IMG/VR virus record: IMGVR_UViG_3300025707_000004
DNA length: 64,000 bases
Direction: 5' to 3' (one strand)
From: a virus
This document shows, piece by piece, positions 56,314 to 64,000 of this stretch (positions within the stretch are counted from its first letter, which is position 1; each line of letters begins with the position of its first letter). Position numbers and translations under genes: made by a program. A model generated the notes under the pieces. That model saw only the letters and a program-made list of their open reading frames with translations. It ran no database searches and was not told where the DNA came from.

Positions 56314-56628
56314 TTAGATGTCTACGTGCATTTCGTCGTCTGCACCGGTTGGCGCCTTCGGGATGTGCCCCGCGTGCTGGAACCAGCGGCCGGTGGAGTC
56401 CTGGACGCTCTGAGGGTCCAGGCTGAAGTCCTCCATGACGTAGCCGCCGCACATATTGTCGATTGCTTCGAGGATGTCCGAGGAGCAGTCATCCGGGTAA
56501 TCGCCGAGGACCATGTCCAGCTCGTTGAGGTACTCGCTGATTGCGATGGCGCGCTCTTCACGCTCATCGTCCCAGTCACCATCCCTTACGCCCCGGTTGA
56601 ACAGCTCCTCAGACGTCATCGCACTCAT
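56314..56628 (-). CDS. Acidic protein ending EMHVDI
   Basis: C-terminal tag. Confidence 0.6.
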   Translation of the reverse strand: MSAMTSEELFNRGVRDGDWDDEREERAIAISEYLNELDMVLGDYPDDCSSDILEAIDNMCGGYVMEDFSLDPQSVQDSTGRWFQHAGHIPKAPTGADDEMHVDI

Positions 56629-56770
56629 GTTGGTCCCCTTCCCAGTCCCACTCGTGCCCGCACGTGTTGCAGTACGCCTCGTGGCCGCAGCCGGGCGGGT
56701 CTGGGAGGTCTATGTCGTCGGAGCCGCAAGCTGGGCACGTCTCCCGCTCTTCACCGGCCGGCTCAGACAT
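56609..56770 (-). CDS. Zn-ribbon micro-protein
   Basis: Manual translation: CPACGS and CNTCGHEW. Confidence 0.5.
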   Translation of the reverse strand: MSEPAGEERETCPACGSDDIDLPDPPGCGHEAYCNTCGHEWDWEGDQHECDDV

Positions 56771-57212
56771 CCGTGTGCTCCTGCGGGAGTGCGGCCTCCA
56801 CCAGCGCGTCCGCCTTGCCCTTCAGGTACCAGTACGTGAGCGTGGACTGAATGACGGGATTGGGAGCTTCATTATCCCCGCCCTCGTACGCCCCGCCCAC
56901 CCCGTACAGCACGCTAACGTGCTTGCCGAGGCCGAGGGTGCTCGCCTTGATGTCTGCCCTGACGGCGCTTTGCTCGGGGAGCTGGGGGTGCTCGGCCCGC
57001 CACAGCCGGCAAAAGACGCGCATCATGACTTGGTGCGGCTTGTCCTCGTGCCACTCGACGACGTAGGGCTTGTCCTTGAAGTCCCAGCGGCGCCCGCTCA
57101 TGTAGTAAGTGTAGAGGTCTTGGATGTCCTCGTCGGTGAGGTCGTCACCGCATTTGCGCTCGCGAGGATTGCCCTTGTCGAATACCTCGAATGCGTGGTC
57201 GGGAAGTCCCAT
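56763..57212 (-). CDS. Hypothetical protein ending QEHTDV
   Basis: AGGAG RBS downstream of the promoter motif at 57305. Confidence 0.6.
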   Translation of the reverse strand: MGLPDHAFEVFDKGNPRERKCGDDLTDEDIQDLYTYYMSGRRWDFKDKPYVVEWHEDKPHQVMMRVFCRLWRAEHPQLPEQSAVRADIKASTLGLGKHVSVLYGVGGAYEGGDNEAPNPVIQSTLTYWYLKGKADALVEAALPQEHTDV

Positions 57213-57362
57213 TAATTGCTCTCCTGGGTAAGTAGTTGGGCAGATGTGCGTGGTGTTGGCCCCCTCGCATGGGGCGAGAAGGTGCGAACTCAGGGTTCAT
57301 AGTTCTTATGCCAAAAAGCACCCCAAGCCTTGCGGATTATTAGCGACTAATAATGGCGCTGC

Positions 57363-57821
57363 TCACTCTTCCGCTCTTTCGTATTGGGCTTTGAGCTTAG
57401 CGAGCTGACGCAGGTCCCTCTGCTCCGCAGCGTATTCTTTCCACTCCAGATACTTGGCCCGCTCCACCTCGTAGATGGCGAGCTTGGCCTCGTAGATAGT
57501 GAGCTTGCGGTTGTACGTCACCATCCGCTTCTCGTACTCACCCATCTCCACGTCGAACCGCTCGTTGGCTATCTCCCGAGGGGGCATCTGGAGCATGGTC
57601 GTCATGGTCGTGTGGCAGTCGTGGTAGTCCGACGTGTCCACTTCTTTGATGGGCAAGTCGAGTAGCTCGTCAGCCGTGAGCTGGTGGAATTCCATCACGC
57701 CCCGCAACGTCGGGGACGAGTAGCGCAAGTCGATTTGCTGCCCCGGGAGACTGAGCGTCTGCGAAGGCAGCTTCGGCATCTTGGGCTTATTCGGCTTACT
57801 CGGACTGGTAACCTTCTTCAT
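57363..57821 (-). CDS. Coiled-coil hypothetical protein
   Basis: GAGGA RBS. Confidence 0.55.
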   Translation of the reverse strand: MKKVTSPSKPNKPKMPKLPSQTLSLPGQQIDLRYSSPTLRGVMEFHQLTADELLDLPIKEVDTSDYHDCHTTMTTMLQMPPREIANERFDVEMGEYEKRMVTYNRKLTIYEAKLAIYEVERAKYLEWKEYAAEQRDLRQLAKLKAQYERAEE

Positions 57822-57845
57822 CAGTCGTCCTCCTCATGGCTGTGT

Positions 57846-58145
57846 TCATTCGGCCCCCTTGATGAACACCATGTCGTCGTGCATGGAGCAGTCGGGGTGG
57901 TGCGGTTCCTCGAAGGTAGGCACATCCCTTGGGGTGAAGTTGTTGGCGAAGTTCCGGCACACCTCGCAGTCGTAGTCAGTCTTGCCGTAGACCGCTAACT
58001 CCATCGCGGTCTTCTCAAACTCGTCTTGTGGGGCAGCTACGTCGACCAGACGAATCCGGTCCCAGAACGCCCCGCGAGACTCGACCTTCGTGACCCGGTA
58101 AGTACGCCCCGCAAGTAAGACGTGCTCGTCGACTTTGTAGCTCAC
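57846..58145 (-). CDS. Small Zn-binding protein
   Basis: CEVC and HHPDC. Confidence 0.55.
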   Translation of the reverse strand: MSYKVDEHVLLAGRTYRVTKVESRGAFWDRIRLVDVAAPQDEFEKTAMELAVYGKTDYDCEVCRNFANNFTPRDVPTFEEPHHPDCSMHDDMVFIKGAE

Positions 58146-58188
58146 GCAGCCTCCATGGCTTGGTCCCTTTGAGTATTAGTGACTGATG

Positions 58189-58455
58189 CTACATCTCTAC
58201 CTGCCGCATGTCGCCATCGGCGATTGCGAGCAGCCAGAGGAGATTGTGGACGCAGAAGAGAGCTTGCTTGAGGGTCAGCCCGCTCGCTTCTTGTAGCGTG
58301 TGGGCCTGCATCAATTCCCGGTTGCCCGGATAGACTTCCTTGAGGCTGACGTGGCGGACGGTGAAGCCTTCGGGCTCAGACTCGGGGTTACTGAGGTCGC
58401 AACGCCAGCCAGGGCCGATGAGGTAGATGTTGCCGGTGCGGGTGATGCTCAGCAT
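58189..58455 (-). CDS. Hypothetical protein
   Basis: Coupled ORF. Confidence 0.5.
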   Translation of the reverse strand: MLSITRTGNIYLIGPGWRCDLSNPESEPEGFTVRHVSLKEVYPGNRELMQAHTLQEASGLTLKQALFCVHNLLWLLAIADGDMRQVEM

Positions 58456-59045
58456 GCGCTGCGCTCCTTGATGGCATCGAGAAACACGAGGGGGTTGGTG
58501 CTGGGGGCCTCGCCGAGAAGGACGCCTTCGGGCTCCCGTGCTGGCGCCAACTCATGCGGGCGGATTTCGTGGAGGTGGATCCGGACGCGGGGGGAATTAA
58601 CCACGACCTGCGGGCTCGCTCCACGGCCACGGACCATCTCCAAGCCCGCCCGGACCAGCATGCGCAGCACGGTCTCTGCCGTCCAGAGGCGGACCTTCGA
58701 TCCCGGGTGGTAGACGTTCAGCCACGCCCGCAACGCCTGCAACCCGCGGTACGTCCCGTCAGGTATCCGCAAGGTCACGTATTCGCAGGAGGCGCTGCCC
58801 CGAAGCTCCCGCATGAAGTCGTTTTGGGCGTGGCCCAGGAGTAGCGCCCGGCCCTCGACACGCACCATCCGCGGAATGTCGTAGCCGTGGCACAGATGTG
58901 CCGCCCCGTAGTGAAGTAGTGTGTAGAAGGGGCCGCCAGGGTTGGTGTCGTCGAAGGTCTGGTGGTAATCGACGCGGTAGCGCTTCAGCTCGGCCATGAG
59001 TTGGGGGTCACGGCAAGAGAAGGCGGCGTAGTGCGGGGCAGACAT
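58449..59045 (-). CDS. Tandem RHH-like paralog
   Basis: LLHYGAA; VTLRIP..YRGLQALRAWLN..VLRMLVRAGLE. Confidence 0.55.
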   Translation of the reverse strand: MSAPHYAAFSCRDPQLMAELKRYRVDYHQTFDDTNPGGPFYTLLHYGAAHLCHGYDIPRMVRVEGRALLLGHAQNDFMRELRGSASCEYVTLRIPDGTYRGLQALRAWLNVYHPGSKVRLWTAETVLRMLVRAGLEMVRGRGASPQVVVNSPRVRIHLHEIRPHELAPAREPEGVLLGEAPSTNPLVFLDAIKERSAC

Positions 59046-59055
59046 GAGGCGCTCC

Positions 59056-59628
59056 TTAGAGGCTTTGGGGCTTGAGGGCGGCGACGTAGTCGAACGCCAC
59101 GTCTGCGAAGGTCGCCTCACCCGTGGCGGGCAGGCTTGTAGCGGCCGACTGGTCGCCCTGTGCGTGGCAGGCGAAGAGGTGGGCCGCAGCCTTGGGGTCG
59201 GCGTGAATTTCGTAGGCACTCAAGTTGCCCCTAGTGGTGTGGCCCTCTGCCCACCCGATGATGGCGCGCGTGAGGTCGCCGATGCTCCGGGAGAGGGCTT
59301 GGCGGTTCAAGCAGACACGCAGCGCGTCCAGCCGGGCGTACATCCGGATGGGGAGGTAAAGAGTCGGGGGCGAGTAGGTGTACCCGGGGCTTTCGTTCTC
59401 GGCCCGCCAGTCTTCATCCACCGCGGATTTAAGGGCTAACCTGGGGGCGTCAGGGTTGAAGCCGAAGCAAAGACGCGCCGCCCCGTAGTTCAACAGCGCC
59501 CGCATCGCTTCGTCCATGTCAGCGTGAGGGAAGTAAGCTTTGTGCCTCTCGGCGAAACCCCGCAGGGCCTTGGCGAGCCTGGGGTCAGTGGTGTAGAGCT
59601 GGATTGGCTTGAATGTGAGCGCTCCCAT
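59056..59628 (-). CDS. Tandem RHH-like paralog
   Basis: LLNYGAA; LYLPIRMYARLDALRVCLN. Confidence 0.55.
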   Translation of the reverse strand: MGALTFKPIQLYTTDPRLAKALRGFAERHKAYFPHADMDEAMRALLNYGAARLCFGFNPDAPRLALKSAVDEDWRAENESPGYTYSPPTLYLPIRMYARLDALRVCLNRQALSRSIGDLTRAIIGWAEGHTTRGNLSAYEIHADPKAAAHLFACHAQGDQSAATSLPATGEATFADVAFDYVAALKPQSL

Positions 59629-59760
59629 TAGTGCCTCCTGGGTAGTGTAGTCGGGGCTTTGTCCAAGGCGCTTATGCCAAGAAGCAGGGGCGCTTTGCGG
59701 GGGCTAAAAAGGGATGACCCCCCGAAGGGGGTCAGAGCCCGAACGCTTTTACGCGTTCAT

Positions 59761-60228
59761 CTATGAGAAGACGGTGTCGTACCAAGACGCCGTCTGGAGG
59801 ACGAGCAGCACGTCGTAGCCGTTCGTGACGTACAGCTCAAGGCCGGTCAGCAGTGCCACCCGCGTCGCTTGCGGGGTCGTCAGCTCCCGGCTGAAATACC
59901 GGAGTCGCGTCCGGTTCATCTGCCTGCGGAGGGTCTCCAGCCGTCGCACAAGCTTAGGCGGGAGCATGAGGTTGAACCGGTACGATTCGGCCTCGTCCTC
60001 CTTGGGCAAATACTCGACCAGCCCTGACTCAGCCGAGAGCATCCCAGCCCGCAGCACTATGTCCACGCCCGCACACACCAAGATGCGGTAGTGGCTCTGG
60101 ATGGTGCGGGCACGACAGGCCCACTCCGACGCCCGCAACTCACGGTCGAAGTGGTGGAAGAGCAGCCGCTCTCGGCTGAACGTGAGGGTCACGCTGCGGG
60201 CCTTCGGCATCGGTGGGTCCGCGCTCAT
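59761..60228 (-). CDS. Tandem RHH-like paralog
   Basis: FNLMLPPKLVRRLETLRRQMN..ATRVALLTGLE. Confidence 0.55.
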   Translation of the reverse strand: MSADPPMPKARSVTLTFSRERLLFHHFDRELRASEWACRARTIQSHYRILVCAGVDIVLRAGMLSAESGLVEYLPKEDEAESYRFNLMLPPKLVRRLETLRRQMNRTRLRYFSRELTTPQATRVALLTGLELYVTNGYDVLLVLQTASWYDTVFS

Positions 60229-60499
60229 GGGGACCCTCTCAGTCGCCGCTTCTGCATGATGCGCTCCTTACGCATGTGTGCGGCGAAGGTGGTGCGGCGC
60301 AGACGGCCGTACGCCGAAGTGAGGGAATGGACGCCACCGAATGACGACGAGCTTTCCCCCCTCCGTGAGCAGGACCCAAAGGGCCATGGTGAAGCAGTTC
60401 AATGATTCTCCTTGGTGGTTAGGGTGTTGGTTGCTTCCATAGTTCTTATGCCAAGAAGCCCCTCCCCTTTTGCGGTAGGCTGAGTATTAGTCGCTAATA

Positions 60500-60817
60500 A
60501 TGGAGACCGAGATGTCTGTCGTACTGGAGCCTTCGCCAGAGAGCCTTGAGCGCATGCGCGAGCGCTGGTGGGAGAAGCCGTCGCCGCTCGTTGCGCTGCA
60601 GCTGAGCGTGTGGAACCCCGAGACGGAGAAGTACGAGGCGCGGTGGCAGGTGCGCCAAGAAGCGGACCAATGCCGTGGGCTCTCGGTGATACAGGTGGTT
60701 TACCTGCGGACACCCACGCCGGAGGAGCGTGCTTGTGTCGATGAGTGCTTGAGCATGCAGTCCCCTGAAGCACGCGTGAGCGTGGTTCTTAGTGACCTCC
60801 TGCCTGAGCCGCTGTGA
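60500..60817 (+). CDS. Hypothetical protein
   Basis: ORF starting at the palindrome at 60485. Confidence 0.5.
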   Translation: METEMSVVLEPSPESLERMRERWWEKPSPLVALQLSVWNPETEKYEARWQVRQEADQCRGLSVIQVVYLRTPTPEERACVDECLSMQSPEARVSVVLSDLLPEPL

Positions 60818-60999
60818 GCAACTCGTCTACAGCGCGCTGGCGGCAGCGGGCGCAGAAGCACGTCGTTCACCTGGACAGGCTGGCGGCAATGATGGGCCTC
60901 GATAGCCGCGACAAACTCATGCCTGCAATCTCTCAGATGCGGATGATGAACGACGTCCTCACCAAAGAGAACGCCAAGCTGCGCGCACAACAGGACTAG
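60814..60999 (+). CDS. Hypothetical coiled-coil peptide
   Basis: GTGA overlap. Confidence 0.45.
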   Translation: MSNSSTARWRQRAQKHVVHLDRLAAMMGLDSRDKLMPAISQMRMMNDVLTKENAKLRAQQD

Positions 61000-61249
61000 C
61001 TAAGAACGAGCGCCCGGGTGGGGCGCGCGTTCTCCCATCACGGGTCGAGGGCCTTTCGTGCCCTCTCCACGATGGGGAGTTTTTTCACAGCCTCGCCGCC
61101 CTCGTCCAGCACGAAGCCGAGACCGAAGGCGAGGGCAAAGAGTAGGACACCGGACAAAAGGTCCAGGTTCTCGGGGCTCATTGCTCTTCTTTCGTTAGTT
61201 GGGTTAGATGGCTTTGTAAAAGTTGTGGCGCGTGGCGCCGAGACGAGAA

Positions 61250-61945
61250 AGAAAAGGGCCGCACAACCTCGGGCGTGAACCCGATAGTCATGCAGCCCCC
61301 GACCGGAAAACGCTCTGCGCGCTCAGTACGGCCTACCCAGGCACAGATGGCTGTGCACGGCCCCCGGGCCTGCTGGGTGCAGGTGTTCCGGTTCGCCTCA
61401 TTTGGGAGGCCCATAGAAATGAGTGCCCCGCCACCCCATTGCAGCCGAGGAGGCGGGGCGGAGCATCGAGCGCCTGTTAATGCATTGCCCTGTGCGGGTT
61501 GCCGGCGCTCAACCCCTTTGAACCACCGACCCCGAAGGGCGGGCGACTGCGTCAAAGGGGAAGCTCTAGAGTTGGAAGGACAGGCGGGACTTGAACCCGC
61601 ACTTTCAGGCTCCTGATAGCCACTGCCCTATTTTTCGGAATGCTTCACCCGGTTCGGAGATTGATGGTCTCCTTAGCCCGCTCATGCGGACTGTACCCGT
61701 TACAGCACCCTCGCGTCCGTCCCTAGCGCCGGGGCCATCGCTGCTCATCACAGCAGTTCTGGCCCCCGCGCCTTCGGGACGTCGGCTAGCGGTTGAACCC
61801 GGCTACCCGCTCACCATGCCCCTCGGGGCTAGGGAGCGGACCGGCGCAGCCCCCGGTTTTACCCGAGGTACCTGCTGTTTAGTGTCTCATCTTTCCCTCC
61901 CGTGTTAAGCGGTGTTAGAGACGGGCGAGGCGTAATACCTCCTCC
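61250..61945 (-). ncRNA. Candidate ~700-nt structured RNA
   Basis: Promoter motif at 61952-61980; many hairpins; no credible ORF; hairpin plus U-tract near 61250. Confidence 0.45.
61573..61629 (-). ncRNA. 57-nt mini-tRNA-like element (acceptor stem, T-arm, CCA; no D-arm)
   Basis: AGGGCAG/CTGTCCT stem; GCGGG-TTCAAGT-CCCGC; encoded CCA. Confidence 0.65.
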
Positions 61946-62139
61946 ATACTTCTTATCCCCAAAAGAGGTGCTTGTTTTGCACTTTTCGGGCTCCCACCAA
62001 TAGAAACTCCTTCTGCTGCCTTAGCAGCCCCTTACCAATCTCCGGCGAAGGCGCCATATGCGCCAACGCCACCGCATAATTCGTGCAGCCACGCGCGGAT
62101 GACGTATAGCCATCCGCACGAGGCTGCACCAGCGCGCGA

Positions 62140-62568
62140 TCATGTGAAGCGTTTGCCTCCCGATGACCACGCCCCCCAGCGCCGCGACGCCTTGCGGCGC
62201 ACGCCGGCGAGCGCCCCCGCCAGCGTGAGGCTGGCGTCGCTCCACCCCCCCGTACCCAGCGGCGAGAGGTCCTGCGCGGCGACGACGCTTGTGAGCGTCT
62301 GCGCCAGTTCGGCCGAGATTTGCCCGGCGAGCCGGACATCCTCGACGCCGTGCGCGGCCAAGAGGCCGCGCAGGGCGTCCTGGACGGAGGAGGTGGCGAT
62401 TCGCGCCTCCTCCTCCGCCTCCTCTTCCGCCTCGCGCAGCTCCGCGCGGGCGAACTTCGCCTCGTCCTCCGCGTCGATGATGGCGGCGCTCGCCTGCTCG
62501 GCGAGCGCCTCCGCCGCCTCCAGAGCCAGGGCGGCGCGGACGATTCGGTTGGTCGTGTGACCGTTCAT
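62140..62568 (-). CDS. Ala/Glu-rich coiled-coil protein
   Basis: AAGGAG RBS downstream of the promoter motif at 62633. Confidence 0.55.
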   Translation of the reverse strand: MNGHTTNRIVRAALALEAAEALAEQASAAIIDAEDEAKFARAELREAEEEAEEEARIATSSVQDALRGLLAAHGVEDVRLAGQISAELAQTLTSVVAAQDLSPLGTGGWSDASLTLAGALAGVRRKASRRWGAWSSGGKRFT

Positions 62569-63035
62569 AGAAGACTCCTTCTGCAGCAATGCTGCGTGGA
62601 TGAAATGGGCGTAATTGCCCCTGTTCATAGTTCTTATCCCTAAAAACACCCCGTGTTTTGCAGGGGCTAAGAAGAAACCCAGGAGGGGTTTCTCAGCACA
62701 CCACTGAAGCGTAGAGGGGGGCTACGCTGTTAACGACGTCAGGGCGCCGGACCTGTGGTTTGTTGTTCCCGGATTCTCGCATCCGCCGAAGCGGTGGGAA
62801 CTTTAACTCCACCCCGTGTCATTGGGGATCTCGGTGCGGACCGAGCACACACTTCCTTTACCCCCTACCCGTTCTTACCCCTAGGGACAAGACACGGCTG
62901 ACTGGTGGTTTAGCACTTCACAATCGCACTCCTACTGGGGGGCTAGTGCCTCCGTTCACAGTTCTTATGCCAAGAACGCCCCCCTGTTCTGCAGGTAAGA
63001 ACAGGCGCCCCCCAGAAGGGGGACGCCCGCAGCGG

Positions 63036-63503
63036 CTAACGCTGCTGTTTGAGGACCCGCTCAATCTCCACCGGGTCGTATGGCGGGACGTGGGCCGATG
63101 CAGCCGACACCCGGCCGAGGAAGTCGCCCCAATCCGCCTTGGTGGCGAGCGGGGCACCGGAGATGGACTGGAACGCCCACCCATGCTCCAGGCTGAGCAG
63201 CGCCACCTGCTCGTACACCTGTCGCCTCGACCCGATGTGCTTCCCGCCGAAGTCCCCGGTCCGCACATTCCAGGCATGCACCCACACCCGGCTGGCCGAG
63301 TGGTTGACGCTGAGCCCGATACGCACGTCAGTGTGCACCGGGTGCTTCACGATGAGCGGATGACCCATCAGGGTCTTCCGCACGTTGAGGTCCATCACCG
63401 CGTCGGGCACGCGGAGGAAGCTGATGCTCGGCCCCAATTCCTCGGTAGGCACCCCACCCGGGACGCCTAACGCGAGAACCGCTGCCAGGATTTTCCCAAT
63501 CAT
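63036..63503 (-). CDS. Putative exported protein
   Basis: AGGAG RBS; hydrophobic N-terminus. Confidence 0.55.
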   Translation of the reverse strand: MIGKILAAVLALGVPGGVPTEELGPSISFLRVPDAVMDLNVRKTLMGHPLIVKHPVHTDVRIGLSVNHSASRVWVHAWNVRTGDFGGKHIGSRRQVYEQVALLSLEHGWAFQSISGAPLATKADWGDFLGRVSAASAHVPPYDPVEIERVLKQQR

Positions 63504-63512
63504 TGTCTACTC

Positions 63513-64000
63513 CTATAGCGTCCAGAGGTCGAAGTGGTAGTCCGCACAATTACGGATGTCCGGTCGGGAGCCAGGAGCCCCACACCGCCACTGCTTGTTG
63601 AAGTTCGTGATGGCCTCGTCGGCAGCCATCTCGGGCCAGATGCGCCGGTCCAGCTCGCGACCGATGAGGTCACCCAGGTCGCCTCCTTGCAGCCCCAGCT
63701 CGATGGGCGGGTGCAGCAAGCCCCGTTCACCCGCCCCGACCATGCGGTCAGCGAAGTAGACGGGTATCTCGTTCAGCCCCGGGATGGGGATGATTTTCGG
63801 CGTGTTCATAAGCCGCCCGAATTCTGGGTGGGCAAACTGCTCGGGGAGAGCGCCGATGAGAAGGGCGAAGTCGTCGGAAGGGCCTCGCCCGAACCAGTAC
63901 TCCACGTCCGTGTGCCGCCCTGCGGTGGTTTCCACGAGCGCGTGCGCGAGGTAGTCCTGGGCTTGGGTAGCCCGACCGTACCAGCGCTCACACGCCCACA
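63513..64000 (-). CDS. Hypothetical protein, 5'-partial
   Basis: Frame open to the window end; ends DYHFDLWTL. Confidence 0.5.
   Translation of the reverse strand, partial: WACERWYGRATQAQDYLAHALVETTAGRHTDVEYWFGRGPSDDFALLIGALPEQFAHPEFGRLMNTPKIIPIPGLNEIPVYFADRMVGAGERGLLHPPIELGLQGGDLGDLIGRELDRRIWPEMAADEAITNFNKQWRCGAPGSRPDIRNCADYHFDLWTL

Noticed and set aside
61573-61629. Canonical tRNA or tmRNA
   Set aside because: No D-arm or 7-nt anticodon loop; the G-U pair is at 4:69 rather than the Ala 3:70; no tag ORF seen.
46085-63277. Recurrent 'LGIRT' peptide in several ORF-track entries as a protein motif
   Set aside because: It is just the translation of the promoter motif GGnATAAGAAC in spurious N-terminal extensions.

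Overview
This is a GC-rich segment of a large, probably jumbo, contractile-tailed phage genome. No integrase, polymerase or terminase is visible in this window. (1) 1-14.9 kb, + strand: virion module with putative major capsid protein, neck proteins, a 1440-aa tail sheath, tail tube, a holin-like gene and basic proteins sharing an N-terminal 'R-K/R-x-x-x-LEKLAA' leader. (2) 14.9-27.8 kb, - strand: a complete prokaryotic ubiquitin-like cassette (Ubl ending GG-C, E2-like with a Cys-rich tail, JAB peptidase, ThiF/E1). It is followed by an inverted-repeat-flanked 1.45-kb element, a ParB protein, a Ycf46-type AAA+ ATPase, a degenerate RecA, DUF2997- and DUF1257-like genes and a radical SAM gene. 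(3) 28-35 kb, + strand: mostly unknown genes, including a probable -1 frameshift tail-chaperone pair. (4) 35-64 kb: dozens of small, mostly - strand, early-type genes, including a Mesh1-like alarmone hydrolase, an OGFr-domain protein and RHH-like paralogs, plus structured non-coding tracts, one holding a 57-nt mini-tRNA-like element. Three dispersed signals stand out: a TATTAG-N3-CTAATA palindrome (13 clean copies), a GCAAA-N18-20-ATAAG promoter-like motif (about 15 copies) and a shared C-terminal H-x-D-[VIY] tail on about 12 small proteins. All functional calls come from reading motifs by eye; no database searches were run.
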